A stretch of DNA of 64,000 nucleotides. Origin: an uncultured Candidatus Saccharibacteria bacterium (GTDB lineage: Bacteria > Patescibacteriota > Doudnabacteria > UBA920). The translations under genes were made by a program, and so were the position numbers. The stretch is taken from positions 86,914 to 150,913 of the forward strand of contig CAZRKK010000003.1 in the NCBI GenBank assembly GCA_964600695.1, in the 5' to 3' direction. Shown here one piece after another: positions 41,092 to 51,209 of the stretch. Numbering within the stretch: the stretch's first letter is position 1; every line of letters begins with the position of its first letter. The notes beneath the pieces are model-generated. The model had not been told where the DNA came from. It saw only the letters and a program-made list of their open reading frames with translations, and made no database searches.

Positions 41092-41604
41092 ATGCCAAAT
41101 GGAGGTTATATGAATTTAGTGTTTTACAAGCTTAGCAGTGAAATTAGAACATTCACATTGGTTCAATTTCTTGGAGCGATAATAGGATCGATTTCTGCCT
41201 TGTATTTTTATATTCAAGGAAGAGTCGTGTCCTCAGAATATTATTTTGCGGCGCTATGGGCTTCAGTATTAACTTTGTTAATCATTGGCCTTTGTGACTT
41301 TTTTATCCACCGGAATGCTGCGTATTTAAAAACTGGAGATTTTAGCACTTCAATGGGAGAAGGGCTTCCCGTTCGGGTGTATGAGAATGCAAAAGCAACT
41401 CACTGGTCTACAAAAATTGTTGTGCCAGTAGCGATGCTAACGTTTGGTAATGTTCAAGTTTTTATTTTTTCTTCAAGCTATTTTCGGTATGCTTCTACAG
41501 CCGACGAAAAAGTCTTCTATCCGGCTTTTATGGGTGTAGCTATTGCGTTATTTTGCAGTGGGGCATTCCTAGGCAAAATAGGTTGGAAGAAAAATGAAAA
41601 GTAA
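41092..41604 (+). CDS. hypothetical membrane protein
   Basis: 170 aa, four TM; followed by hairpin + T-run terminator at ~41612-41650. Confidence 0.4.
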   Translation: MPNGGYMNLVFYKLSSEIRTFTLVQFLGAIIGSISALYFYIQGRVVSSEYYFAALWASVLTLLIIGLCDFFIHRNAAYLKTGDFSTSMGEGLPVRVYENAKATHWSTKIVVPVAMLTFGNVQVFIFSSSYFRYASTADEKVFYPAFMGVAIALFCSGAFLGKIGWKKNEK

Positions 41605-41937
41605 GTTTTTTAAAGGGTCGGCAAATTTGCAACCCTTTTTTATTTTCTCAGAATAAAAAAACCGACGAAATGTCGGTTTGAGAAGTGCAAAACAGAAATA
41701 CATGGCTATGATTGTGAAGGTAATCATGTCTGCTACCATCGCGTTTTTCGCAGAAGGAATAATTTTTGGTTCTTTTACTCCTGTCATGCAAATGGTTGAT
41801 GGTACTAAGTTTGAATTGGCAGCGATTACCATCGGTCTTGCTGGGTGCCTCCACATGTAATTTTTTCGACGCTTTTTATACCAGGCCGAGTTTAAGTTTC
41901 TTTCGTGGTACTTTGGATCATGTGTCTTCTTCATCAA
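41569..41937 (-). CDS. hypothetical small basic protein (extent uncertain)
   Basis: GGAGGTG RBS 4 nt upstream of the ATG, overlapping the stop of the upstream gene; the frame reads through two terminator hairpins, so the true C-terminus is doubtful. Confidence 0.25.
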   Translation of the reverse strand: MMKKTHDPKYHERNLNSAWYKKRRKNYMWRHPARPMVIAANSNLVPSTICMTGVKEPKIIPSAKNAMVADMITFTIIAMYFCFALLKPTFRRFFYSEKIKKGCKFADPLKNLLFIFLPTYFA

Positions 41938-41944
41938 TCACCTC

Positions 41945-42427
41945 CTAGTTTATATTTTCCAGAATTCCCCTCGATGGTACTTCGTCACTTAATTTAGAAC
42001 TTAGTGCTTCTGCTTCCAGAATCTTTTTCGCTTCGGCTTGTCTAATTAAAAACTTTGCCTTCTTATCAAGTAAATAGTTTTGCCTTAGGTTTATTATCTT
42101 GGCAATGTATAAATCGATATGATATTTAGAAGCAATGATGATGCTTTTAGCCAACCAAGCTATTCCAAATACACACAACGATAGCAGAGCATATTTGAAT
42201 AGAGTGAGGCCTAGACTTAATTCATTAAGACACACCATGATTGTTAAAAGCGCCACACCTACTGCAAAGTAAATTGTAGACTTAACAATTCCCATAGTGA
42301 TCGCAGTTACTTCGAACCCATTTGTCTTGGGTGGTTCACCTCCCATCTGAAAGATGATTTTATCAACTAACAAATGACTCCAGTAACCAATCAGTATTCC
42401 AATTGCTGGCAATATCAAGCTTTCCAT
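41945..42427 (-). CDS. hypothetical membrane protein
   Basis: 160 aa, several TM helices, charged C-terminal tail. Confidence 0.4.
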   Translation of the reverse strand: MESLILPAIGILIGYWSHLLVDKIIFQMGGEPPKTNGFEVTAITMGIVKSTIYFAVGVALLTIMVCLNELSLGLTLFKYALLSLCVFGIAWLAKSIIIASKYHIDLYIAKIINLRQNYLLDKKAKFLIRQAEAKKILEAEALSSKLSDEVPSRGILENIN

Positions 42428-42510
42428 TTTATCCTCCCTAAAGCAAAATTTGAATACCTCGTAGTATAGAACACTTTGACCACATGGTCAAGATGTGGCA
42501 AAATTACATT

Positions 42511-43470
42511 ATGTTAAAAACTTCTGAACAAGTGATTCAAGTCTCAAACTTACAAAAAACTTACCCACTACCAAAACAAGAACGCAAAGATGGCGTAGTA
42601 ACCTTTGATGCTGTGAAAGGCATTTCTTTTGATGTTTTAGAAGGAGAAATTTTTGGAATCCTTGGTCCTAACGGTGCTGGTAAAACTACTACTTTAGAAA
42701 TCATTGAAGGATTAAAGCAACAAAGCTCCGGTACTGTAAAAGTTTTAGGATTAGATAATATTCAGGATAGTCTAGCAATAAAAAGACAAATCGGTGTTCA
42801 ACTACAATCTAGCGAGTATCTTCACTTGATGACTCTCTCTGAATTATTAAAATTATTTGCTGGTTTGTACAAAAAAGAAGCAGATGTTGATACACTGTTG
42901 GGGTTTGTAAATTTAGAAAGTAAGAAAAATTCTTTGGTCAAAGATTTATCCGGCGGCCAAAAGCAAAGATTTACTTTAGCATCTGCTTTGGTTAATCAAC
43001 CTAAGATATTATTTTTAGATGAACCAACAACAGGGTTAGACCCTCGAGCACGTCGAGATGTTTGGGAACTCATTAAAAAAATTAGAGAATCCGGAATCAC
43101 TATTATTTTAACTACTCACTACATGGAAGAAGCGGAATATTTATGTGACCGTGTGGCGATTATGGACTCTGGAAAAATATTAGTGATCAATCACCCTAAT
43201 AAATTAATTGAAGATTTATCCCACACAACCCAAATTAGTTTTTTAACAGAGCAGGAGATAGATGAAGAAATTTGGAAAAAAATTCCTAGTATAGAAAAAG
43301 TCTATAGTAGTTACCCTAAAGTGATTTTAGAAATTAAAAATCTTGATGTAATAGGTGATGTAGTTAGATTACTAGAAGAACAGAATATATCTTTCAGTAG
43401 CTTCACTGTACGTACAGCTAGTTTAGAAGATGTTTATTTAGATTTAACCGGTAAAGTTTTTGAAATATAA
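42511..43470 (+). CDS. ABC transporter ATP-binding protein
   Basis: Walker A GPNGAGKTT, signature LSGGQKQR, Walker B ILFLDEPT. Confidence 0.85.
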   Translation: MLKTSEQVIQVSNLQKTYPLPKQERKDGVVTFDAVKGISFDVLEGEIFGILGPNGAGKTTTLEIIEGLKQQSSGTVKVLGLDNIQDSLAIKRQIGVQLQSSEYLHLMTLSELLKLFAGLYKKEADVDTLLGFVNLESKKNSLVKDLSGGQKQRFTLASALVNQPKILFLDEPTTGLDPRARRDVWELIKKIRESGITIILTTHYMEEAEYLCDRVAIMDSGKILVINHPNKLIEDLSHTTQISFLTEQEIDEEIWKKIPSIEKVYSSYPKVILEIKNLDVIGDVVRLLEEQNISFSSFTVRTASLEDVYLDLTGKVFEI

Positions 43471-43472
43471 TT

Positions 43473-44270
43473 ATGACAACTTCTACTCCAACAACAAATT
43501 CATCTTCAGTTTCAGGCTCAATGTTTAATTCATCTTTGTTTCAATTATTTTTGATGAACTTGCGATTAATTTATCGTAATAGTTCTGGATTGTTTTTTAC
43601 ATTGGTAATGCCAGTAATTATTTATGTGGCTTTATCTATTTTACCAATTGGTTCATTGGTTGGGGCTAAGGTAAGTTATTCTCAGTTTGTTTTACCAGGA
43701 ATAATCGCCATGACTATTATGCAAGGTGGAATTTACACTTTAGCTTATTGGATGATCGATTTAAAATCTCGTAATGTTATCAAACGCTTCTTGGTCACCC
43801 CCTTAAAACCTGGAGAGTTAATTGCCACTGTACTATTTAGTAGAACCTTAGTTGCACTGGCTCAAGTTTTATTTTTGAGCATTATTGGCTGGATATTTTT
43901 TGGAGCTACTGTAGGTGGAAGCTTGTGGTTTGCTTTGGGGTTTGCAGCATTAGGAGCGCCAATATTTTTGTTAATTGGTTTATTAATTTCTACTTTTGCC
44001 GATTCTTATGAGGCCGCCGCTCCGGTTACTGCTGCAATTGGCATGCCCTTAATATTTTTAGGAAATATTTTTTATCCTATAGAAGTTTTACCCAAAATTT
44101 TTCAAACTATTGCTAAGCTTCTACCAACTACTTATTTAGCCGATGGTATCAGAAGTGTTTACTTAAATACTGGAACTTGGGGTGACTGGGGTTATAACGC
44201 TGCGATTTTAACCATTTGGTTAATTATTATGATATTGTTAGCTACTAGATTCTTTAAGTTGAAAGAGTAG
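43473..44270 (+). CDS. ABC-2 type transporter permease
   Basis: Six-TM permease directly after the ATPase gene (2-nt gap). Confidence 0.75.
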   Translation: MTTSTPTTNSSSVSGSMFNSSLFQLFLMNLRLIYRNSSGLFFTLVMPVIIYVALSILPIGSLVGAKVSYSQFVLPGIIAMTIMQGGIYTLAYWMIDLKSRNVIKRFLVTPLKPGELIATVLFSRTLVALAQVLFLSIIGWIFFGATVGGSLWFALGFAALGAPIFLLIGLLISTFADSYEAAAPVTAAIGMPLIFLGNIFYPIEVLPKIFQTIAKLLPTTYLADGIRSVYLNTGTWGDWGYNAAILTIWLIIMILLATRFFKLKE

Positions 44271-44341
44271 GATCAGTTGACACAGGCCTGATATTATTAT
44301 ATGATTTGAGACTTGTTATATTTTGATCTAAGGAGGTTATT

Positions 44342-44752
44342 ATGAACTGGAAATCGGTTTGGTCTTTTTCTAAATATTGCTTTTGGCTAATCTGGGGGAT
44401 AATAGTAGTTGTTTATCTACTTGGATATCTAGAAGCCTGGCCGACGTTACTTGCAGAAGGATCTATTCTCTTGTTGGGGGTTTATACAATCGCCGTTTGT
44501 ACTGGGATGGAGTGGGAGTCTGCGGTTTCGGAGTTTGAGATTGGCATCTGGGCAATACTGCTTACTCTTGTTTGCACTTTTGGATTTTACTCATTTGGAG
44601 CATATCAAGGTTTTGTAATTCTTATGGCGATGATTGTCGCTTCTCTTGGAGGATTTAATTTAATCTTGTGGATCTCTAATATATTTAATCCTGGGACTTG
44701 GTCTAGGCGCAGGGAAAAATATCACCAAAAATATTATGGTAAAACGCGTTGA
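44342..44752 (+). CDS. hypothetical membrane protein
   Basis: AAGGAGG RBS; four TM helices. Confidence 0.45.
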   Translation: MNWKSVWSFSKYCFWLIWGIIVVVYLLGYLEAWPTLLAEGSILLLGVYTIAVCTGMEWESAVSEFEIGIWAILLTLVCTFGFYSFGAYQGFVILMAMIVASLGGFNLILWISNIFNPGTWSRRREKYHQKYYGKTR

Positions 44753-44772
44753 GCAATCAACGCGTTCTTTTT

Positions 44773-45186
44773 TTATCTATTCTTTTTTGACTTTGTAATT
44801 TTGGGTTTTTGACCGTAGTTTAGTAGAAGTTTCTTGGTTGTTTTTGATTTAGTTGGTGTTTTGAGTTCTGTTAACAGTTTTTCTAAATCAGTTGGAATCT
44901 TTTTCTTAGCGATAGCTTCTACTGGTATCCCTAATGCAAAAGCCATGGCCATAGACATAGAAACACCAACTCTAATTCCTGTAAAGGAACCTGGTCCAGA
45001 ACAGACAACAATTTTAACTAGTTGTTTGGGAGTGACTTTATGTTTTTTTAAAAACTTTTCTAGTAGGTCGAGAGTTTTATAATTTTCATTGAAGGCAAGT
45101 ATTTTAGAAAATTCTTTTGTAGCATCTTTTTTAATCAAAGCAAATTGAACTCGATCAAAATCTGTTGTGTTGATGTAAAGCAGCAT
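44773..45186 (-). CDS. tsaB: tRNA t6A37 biosynthesis protein TsaB (short form)
   Basis: GPGSFTGIRVG motif of the inactive Kae1/YeaZ family. Confidence 0.7.
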   Translation of the reverse strand: MLLYINTTDFDRVQFALIKKDATKEFSKILAFNENYKTLDLLEKFLKKHKVTPKQLVKIVVCSGPGSFTGIRVGVSMSMAMAFALGIPVEAIAKKKIPTDLEKLLTELKTPTKSKTTKKLLLNYGQKPKITKSKKNR

Positions 45187-45187
45187 A

Positions 45188-46525
45188 TTATTTAGTTTGA
45201 TTTTTTAATACTACGCTATTTTTAATAGCTTCACGAACAACTTCACGTTCGTCCCAAGAAATTCGTTGATTATTAGGAAGAACTAAAAATTGCTCACTAC
45301 CTTTACCGGTAATAAGGATTAAATCATTTTTTTCTGCAGAGTTAATAGCTAATTGAATAGCTGTCTTTCTGTCCAGCTCAATAATAACTTCAGAAGCTTT
45401 AGCTTTACTGCCAGCTTGAGTGATCCCTTCTTTCACATTGTCGGCAATTTCCTGAGGATCGCTGTCGTAAACATCATCATTGGTAATAATAATCTTATCA
45501 GCAAATTGACTGCTGATTTTACCAAATTCAAATCTCTTTGCAACATCTCTGTGGCCACCCGTAGAACCAAAAACATGAATAAGCTTATTATGTGGCACCA
45601 TCAAGGCCGCGCGTAATGATTGTTCTAGAGGCTGTGGTTCTGGGGCATAGTCGACGATAACAGTAATTCCCAAGTCGTTGCTAATGGTTTCCATTCGCCC
45701 TGGAACTGTTCCAAAACTAGTCAGTGCTTTTGCAGAATTTTCTAAACTAACATTTAAGTACTGAGCTAATCCTATTGCAAGTAATGCGTTAGAAATATTA
45801 AATGAACCTTTAAGATTTAAATTGAATTTTACTTTTTCAACTTCAAAGCTGAGTCCTTCTGGGTTAACACTAATATTTTCTGCTCGTAAAATAGGAACTT
45901 CTGTTTGGGCAATTTTATCTTCTCTAGTAGAGGTGCCAAATTTTTTAGCAACATTAAAATTTAAAAAGTATTGGTAGTTTGGATCGTCAGTGTTGGCTCC
46001 AATGATTCCATTATTATTAATTGCGGCAAATAATTTTCCTTTTGCTTCTCGGTATTTCTCAAAACTGCCATGACTGTCGATGTGAGCAGGGGAGAGGTTG
46101 GTGAATAGTCCCGCAAAAAAATTAATTCCATGATGTCGGTTTTGAGCTAAGCCTTCGGATGTTGCTTCGACAATTGCAAACTTACAACCATTATCAACAA
46201 ATTCTTTTAATGTCTTTTGGATGATCGGCCCAGAAGGCATAGACAAACCATGTTTGTTAACTGTTTGAGTGTCACCATTAGAATATCCAACTGTGGTTAT
46301 GTAGCCAGTTTTGAAACCAGAGTTATTTAAGATGTGTGCCAACATCATCACAGTAGTAGATTTACCTGCTGTGCCAGTGACTCCTATAACTGATAATTTG
46401 GAACTTGGGTTACCAAAATAAGTCGCAGCAAATTTTGCTGCTGTACCGTGATAATATGGCTGCAAAATTTTAAATAAGTTTTTAGGGACTAACTTACGAA
46501 TGATATTTTTGATGGTTTGAAACAT
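45188..46525 (-). CDS. Mur ligase family protein (MurE-like)
   Basis: VIGVTGTAGKSTT P-loop, central Mur ligase domain; adjacent to a FemAB gene. Confidence 0.6.
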   Translation of the reverse strand: MFQTIKNIIRKLVPKNLFKILQPYYHGTAAKFAATYFGNPSSKLSVIGVTGTAGKSTTVMMLAHILNNSGFKTGYITTVGYSNGDTQTVNKHGLSMPSGPIIQKTLKEFVDNGCKFAIVEATSEGLAQNRHHGINFFAGLFTNLSPAHIDSHGSFEKYREAKGKLFAAINNNGIIGANTDDPNYQYFLNFNVAKKFGTSTREDKIAQTEVPILRAENISVNPEGLSFEVEKVKFNLNLKGSFNISNALLAIGLAQYLNVSLENSAKALTSFGTVPGRMETISNDLGITVIVDYAPEPQPLEQSLRAALMVPHNKLIHVFGSTGGHRDVAKRFEFGKISSQFADKIIITNDDVYDSDPQEIADNVKEGITQAGSKAKASEVIIELDRKTAIQLAINSAEKNDLILITGKGSEQFLVLPNNQRISWDEREVVREAIKNSVVLKNQTK

Positions 46526-46552
46526 AAACTAAATTTATCAAATATTAAAGTT

Positions 46553-47575
46553 TTAAAATAGCCGGTTTATTTTACGTAGTAATTTGTAAATCATGTACCA
46601 GGTACCTTTATTTACGATGTCCACTGGACTTGGGTAACTAATTTGCTCTCCGCCCCATTTGAGTTTAAACTGCACAAATCCTGGAGTTTCACCTGATGCT
46701 GTTTCGATGCCCCACCAATCATAACTCTTTAAACCAGCTATTTTAGCATCTTGAATGGCTTGCCAGTGCAAAGCATATGGGGCCATTAAATTCCTTTGAG
46801 AATTATCACTACCACCAAATAAATATGTTCGAGTAGTTCCATGATCAATCATCACTGCCCCTGCTACAAGATGTTTATTATATAGGGCTTTGTATAAGCT
46901 AACTTTACAATCGTTTTCTCTGGAGTGAAGTACAAAAAAGTCTATCAACTTTTGATAATAATTTTGATCGTAACTTCGAAATTTTTGTCTGTCACTAGTT
47001 TGAGTTAGTAAATCTAGAAGTTCGGTAATATGAAAACCATGTTGAGGGGATACACTAATTTCTGATTCAACTATTACATTGTGTTTCTCGGCAACTTTAA
47101 TGTTGTAACGATTTTTTTGATGCATGCCACTCAAGATAGTTTCTAAAGAATCGGTGAGATTGGTAATTAAAGTTTTACCAGGTTGAATTCTTGGAGTTGC
47201 CACACCTTCAATTTGTAAATTGTGTTTTGGTTCGTATCTGATAAACCAACAATCTGGATAATCTAAAATTACTTGCTTGGTTAATTCGTTTACTAATTTT
47301 TTCGCATCAGTATTTTTATTTAAAGTCTCACTGACAACTGGTCCGTAAGGTGAGTATAAATAAAAACCATTCAAGTGGGGGATAAGAGTTTTGATAAATT
47401 GAACAGTAGCTACTATTTGTTCTTTTTCAAAAACCCCATATCGAACCACAGAACGATTAAGTTGTATTTGAAATTCACCCCAGCCCCAACTTTGTAAAAA
47501 AGAACCACCACTATTAGTGGCTACAAAATTTGAATATTGGTTTTGGTCGTCGGTTGTTAGTTTACGAATTAGCAT
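46553..47575 (-). CDS. FemAB-family peptidoglycan aminoacyltransferase
   Basis: FLQSWGWGEFQ motif and size typical of FemX/FemAB. Confidence 0.7.
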   Translation of the reverse strand: MLIRKLTTDDQNQYSNFVATNSGGSFLQSWGWGEFQIQLNRSVVRYGVFEKEQIVATVQFIKTLIPHLNGFYLYSPYGPVVSETLNKNTDAKKLVNELTKQVILDYPDCWFIRYEPKHNLQIEGVATPRIQPGKTLITNLTDSLETILSGMHQKNRYNIKVAEKHNVIVESEISVSPQHGFHITELLDLLTQTSDRQKFRSYDQNYYQKLIDFFVLHSRENDCKVSLYKALYNKHLVAGAVMIDHGTTRTYLFGGSDNSQRNLMAPYALHWQAIQDAKIAGLKSYDWWGIETASGETPGFVQFKLKWGGEQISYPSPVDIVNKGTWYMIYKLLRKINRLF

Positions 47576-48135
47576 TAAGATTTTCCAATCAACTTGAGAG
47601 CTTCTTTAATTTGAGTCGCGGTATCTAGTGAACTATCAATTTTCGTTACTGCTTCTCGAACTTCGCGAGGGTTATAACCCAAAGAAATTAGAGCATCAAA
47701 CAAATCACTGCTACCACTAGTAGACCCTTCAAGTAATCCTCCAGAGATTTTATTCTTCAATTCTAAAATTATACGTTCGGCAGTTTTTTTACCAACCCCA
47801 GACATGCGAGTAAAAATATCACTATCAGCATTGATAATGGCTTGTTGTAAGATATCAATTTTAGAACTTGAGATAATTGTTAAAGCCATTTTAGGGCCAA
47901 CACCAGTGACAGAGATCAACATTTCAAAAAACATCAAAGATTCAAAGTTAGGCATTCCAAACAATGTTTGCCCGTCGTCAGAGCTTTTATGGTGAATATA
48001 TAGTTCAACTTCGCTTCCTAGGGGTTTTTCTAGGATTTCTGGTATCACAAAAACCTTATAACCTATGTTGTTTTGCAATAAGATTATATATTGAGTAGTT
48101 TTTTGATGAACTTTTCCTGATAAATAAGCGATCAT
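47575..48135 (-). CDS. ruvA: Holliday junction DNA helicase RuvA
   Basis: MIAYLSGKV N-terminus, HhH motifs GVGPKMA and GVGKKTAERI. Confidence 0.85.
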   Translation of the reverse strand: MIAYLSGKVHQKTTQYIILLQNNIGYKVFVIPEILEKPLGSEVELYIHHKSSDDGQTLFGMPNFESLMFFEMLISVTGVGPKMALTIISSSKIDILQQAIINADSDIFTRMSGVGKKTAERIILELKNKISGGLLEGSTSGSSDLFDALISLGYNPREVREAVTKIDSSLDTATQIKEALKLIGKS

Positions 48136-48316
48136 AGTAGCTAAATTATATCACGCCGTGGTAGTTAAGAGGAAAGGTGTTAATCAACTTGATTTTTTTG
48201 AGTAAATATGCTAAAATAATAATAAGTTGAGATAAAATATCTCTAAAAATTCTTTTAGTTCACAAAATTTGAACTAAATGTTGAAACCAAAACAAAAACA
48301 CAATTAAATAAATAGA

Positions 48317-51073
48317 ATGAAAGATAGCCAGTTCATAGTACCACCAGAAAATATGGTGGCTAATAATAGTGTGCAACCATCTTCTGTTGCACCCGTAGTC
48401 CCAAGTCCTCAGCCAGTTGTGCAATCAAGTCCACAACCAAGCTCACAGTCAAGCCCAGAACCAAATGGGCCTGATTCTAATTCTGGAATCTCTGGAGCAG
48501 TTAAATGGTTAGCTACCCACAAGGCTTTAACAGCTAGTATTGGTGGGGCTTGTATAATCATTGTTCTTGTTGCTACTGTGTTAATCACTAGACAGCCAGT
48601 GTCCTTATTTGGCTTTCAATTAAACCCACTAGTGCCTCATGCACAAGTTCCAATTTGTGATCCAATAGATCCAGATTGTCCTCCAATTGGTGGAGGAGGA
48701 GGTGGGGGTACCCCTGCTCCAACAGTGGATGTTCCATCTGTTGGTTTAATTATTGGTGATAGTAATGATAGTACTCCTAATTTACCTAGTGGTTGTGATG
48801 CAGAAGTGAATGGACCTGCTGGTAGTGTGTCTGTAAGCGGTGCAGCAGATTGTTTGAAAGTAAAAATTAATAATCCTAAAGCAACTTATTCTAAAGATTT
48901 TCGTATTTGTTTTGGTTTAGATGGCACGGGTGAACAATGTACTCCTTGGGCTAGCAGTGGGGGAGGTTCTACTACTCAAATTCGAAGTGGTGGTTCTTTC
49001 AGTTCTGCTCAGGTTCGAGTTGATTCTCAGGATCTTCCGGTAGGAAAAGCGATCTCTGCAGTAGAGATTGGTGTACAAGTCTTTTATCAAAAAGATAATG
49101 ATGCTTGTGGAGCAAGTTCAGGTTTGAACTGGGCCAAAGCCATTGAAGGACAGAATACCTCTAACCCTTGGTCTTATGGTGACCAGCAAGATGACGATCC
49201 AGGTTGTGCGTTAATGTCGATACGTTCTCAATTGATAGATAATAATCCAACAACACCAATTTCGATTGAAGGTACTTTACCAAATGGAACAGTCGGTGTT
49301 GCTTATTCCCAAAATCTAAATTTGTTTGGAGTTGCTAACCCTCCTTGTACTTGGACTTTGGTTTCCATAACTCCAAACTTAGTAGTAGGAAATATTATCA
49401 CTGCCGAAGGTCCTGGTACTACTGCTATATTTAAAAGCACACCTATTACAGCTGGTAATTACCAGGTTTCGATTAAAGTGACTTGTCAAAATGGTCAAGT
49501 TGCAACAAAAACTATCCCATGGGCGGTTGCTACTGGTCCTTCTGAATCAGCTTTACAAATCGAAGGAACTTTTCCTGATGGAGTAGTTGGCCAAGATTAT
49601 TCAACACAAATCACTACAAAAAATGCTGGACAAGGAAATTGTAGTTTTGAGTTAACAAAAATTACCCCAGCAATGCCAAGTGCAGTTATGACACGGGTAG
49701 ATAGAATCGCCAATGCGACAGAAACTTTGGGATTATTTACCGCAAAACCAACAAATGCAGGTGGTTATGTTGTAAGTATTTCTGCAGAGTGTCCTCCGTT
49801 AGTAGGCGATGGTCCTACTCGTGTGGCTACAAAAGATTTTCCATGGACAGTTAAAATTAATCAAATTGATCCACCACCTCCTGTGGGGACGATCAGTCTT
49901 TCGGGCACTTTTCCTAATAGCCCAGTCGGACAAGTATTTAATACAACAATTTCTACTGTAGGAGTTGCAAAGACTCCGTGTACTTGGACATTAGTTTCTG
50001 TTAGCCCTACAATTTCTGGTGCAGCTTTAGTTACTCCAACAACTAACGATCTACCTAATCAATCAAGCACTGGTTTTAGAGCAACACCAACTACTGCTGG
50101 AACTTATCAAATTACAATTAAAGCAACTTGTCAGAATAATCAAACAGCAACAAAAACATTTAGTTGGGTAGTGACAGGGATAACTCCTCCACCACCTCCT
50201 TCTCAAGCAAGTTGTACTGATCCAGCTAACCTACCTTTCTTAACAGCGATTTACCGATCTTGGAGTCCTGCTAAAGGTGATCACTTATATACTACAAATG
50301 CGAGCGAAAAACCTGCTGGTTATCGCGCAGAAGGTATCGCTGGTTATGTTTATAACAAACAAGTCGCTGGCACAGTTGCTATTTATAGAAGCAACCAACC
50401 ACAAATTGGTGCTCATTACTACTCAACAACAGATGACGCTACTAACTATGGATATACTAATGAAGGAATCCTAGGTTACACATTTGCTACAAATGTTACT
50501 GGGTCTGCAGCTTGGTACCGCATGCATAAAGGTGGTGCTACAAGTGACTATGTTCATACTGTAAGTGAAGAAGAACGCACAGCGATCAAAGAATTAGGTT
50601 ATGTCGATGAAGGTACTGTGGCTTACTTGTGTGGCACCCCACAACCAACTTCTCTACAACCTATTTATAGAATGTGGAATGGCGCAGTTAAAGAACATTT
50701 CTACACAACCAACCCTGCCGAACGTGATACTGTATTAGCTAAAGGATTTATCTCCGAAGGAATTACTGGCTATATGTATGGAGTTCGTAAAGAGGGTAGT
50801 TCTCCTGTGTATCGTTCATATCACAAACAGGAAAAACACCATTACTTTAGTTTGACCGAAGCTGATGCAACTCGCTGGGGTTATACAGTCGAAGGTATTG
50901 TAGGGTATATTTGGCCGACAACTCAAAGTAATACTATTCCTCTATATCGATTATTCCATCCTGTAACTCGAGACAATTTGTACACCGCCTCTGGTGCAGA
51001 AGTGGTTTCTGCTGTAGCCAGTGGTTATGAAGATCAAGGTATTCTCGGTTACATGTTCCTCACTGCTCAGTAA
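48317..51073 (+). CDS. large cell-surface repeat protein (N-terminal TM anchor, Pro-rich linker, three Ig-like (He_PIG-like) repeats, five C-terminal YR...H(F/Y)YT...GY..EG..GY repeats)
   Basis: 918 aa; TM ALTASIGGACIIIVLVATVLI; tandem ~90-aa Ig-like segments (GTLPNG.VG..Y...L...G...PCTWTLVS); five ~50-aa C-terminal repeats. Confidence 0.55.
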   Translation: MKDSQFIVPPENMVANNSVQPSSVAPVVPSPQPVVQSSPQPSSQSSPEPNGPDSNSGISGAVKWLATHKALTASIGGACIIIVLVATVLITRQPVSLFGFQLNPLVPHAQVPICDPIDPDCPPIGGGGGGGTPAPTVDVPSVGLIIGDSNDSTPNLPSGCDAEVNGPAGSVSVSGAADCLKVKINNPKATYSKDFRICFGLDGTGEQCTPWASSGGGSTTQIRSGGSFSSAQVRVDSQDLPVGKAISAVEIGVQVFYQKDNDACGASSGLNWAKAIEGQNTSNPWSYGDQQDDDPGCALMSIRSQLIDNNPTTPISIEGTLPNGTVGVAYSQNLNLFGVANPPCTWTLVSITPNLVVGNIITAEGPGTTAIFKSTPITAGNYQVSIKVTCQNGQVATKTIPWAVATGPSESALQIEGTFPDGVVGQDYSTQITTKNAGQGNCSFELTKITPAMPSAVMTRVDRIANATETLGLFTAKPTNAGGYVVSISAECPPLVGDGPTRVATKDFPWTVKINQIDPPPPVGTISLSGTFPNSPVGQVFNTTISTVGVAKTPCTWTLVSVSPTISGAALVTPTTNDLPNQSSTGFRATPTTAGTYQITIKATCQNNQTATKTFSWVVTGITPPPPPSQASCTDPANLPFLTAIYRSWSPAKGDHLYTTNASEKPAGYRAEGIAGYVYNKQVAGTVAIYRSNQPQIGAHYYSTTDDATNYGYTNEGILGYTFATNVTGSAAWYRMHKGGATSDYVHTVSEEERTAIKELGYVDEGTVAYLCGTPQPTSLQPIYRMWNGAVKEHFYTTNPAERDTVLAKGFISEGITGYMYGVRKEGSSPVYRSYHKQEKHHYFSLTEADATRWGYTVEGIVGYIWPTTQSNTIPLYRLFHPVTRDNLYTASGAEVVSAVASGYEDQGILGYMFLTAQ

Positions 51074-51209
51074 AAAAGGAAGAACCAAAATTATTTAAAC
51101 AACTCTAATAAAATAGAGTTGTTTTTTTATATTATTCAATTACAGTCAGATTGACATAGCTCACGTAATAAGGCATGATACAAAATCATATTAGAGGAGG
51201 AAAAATGAT

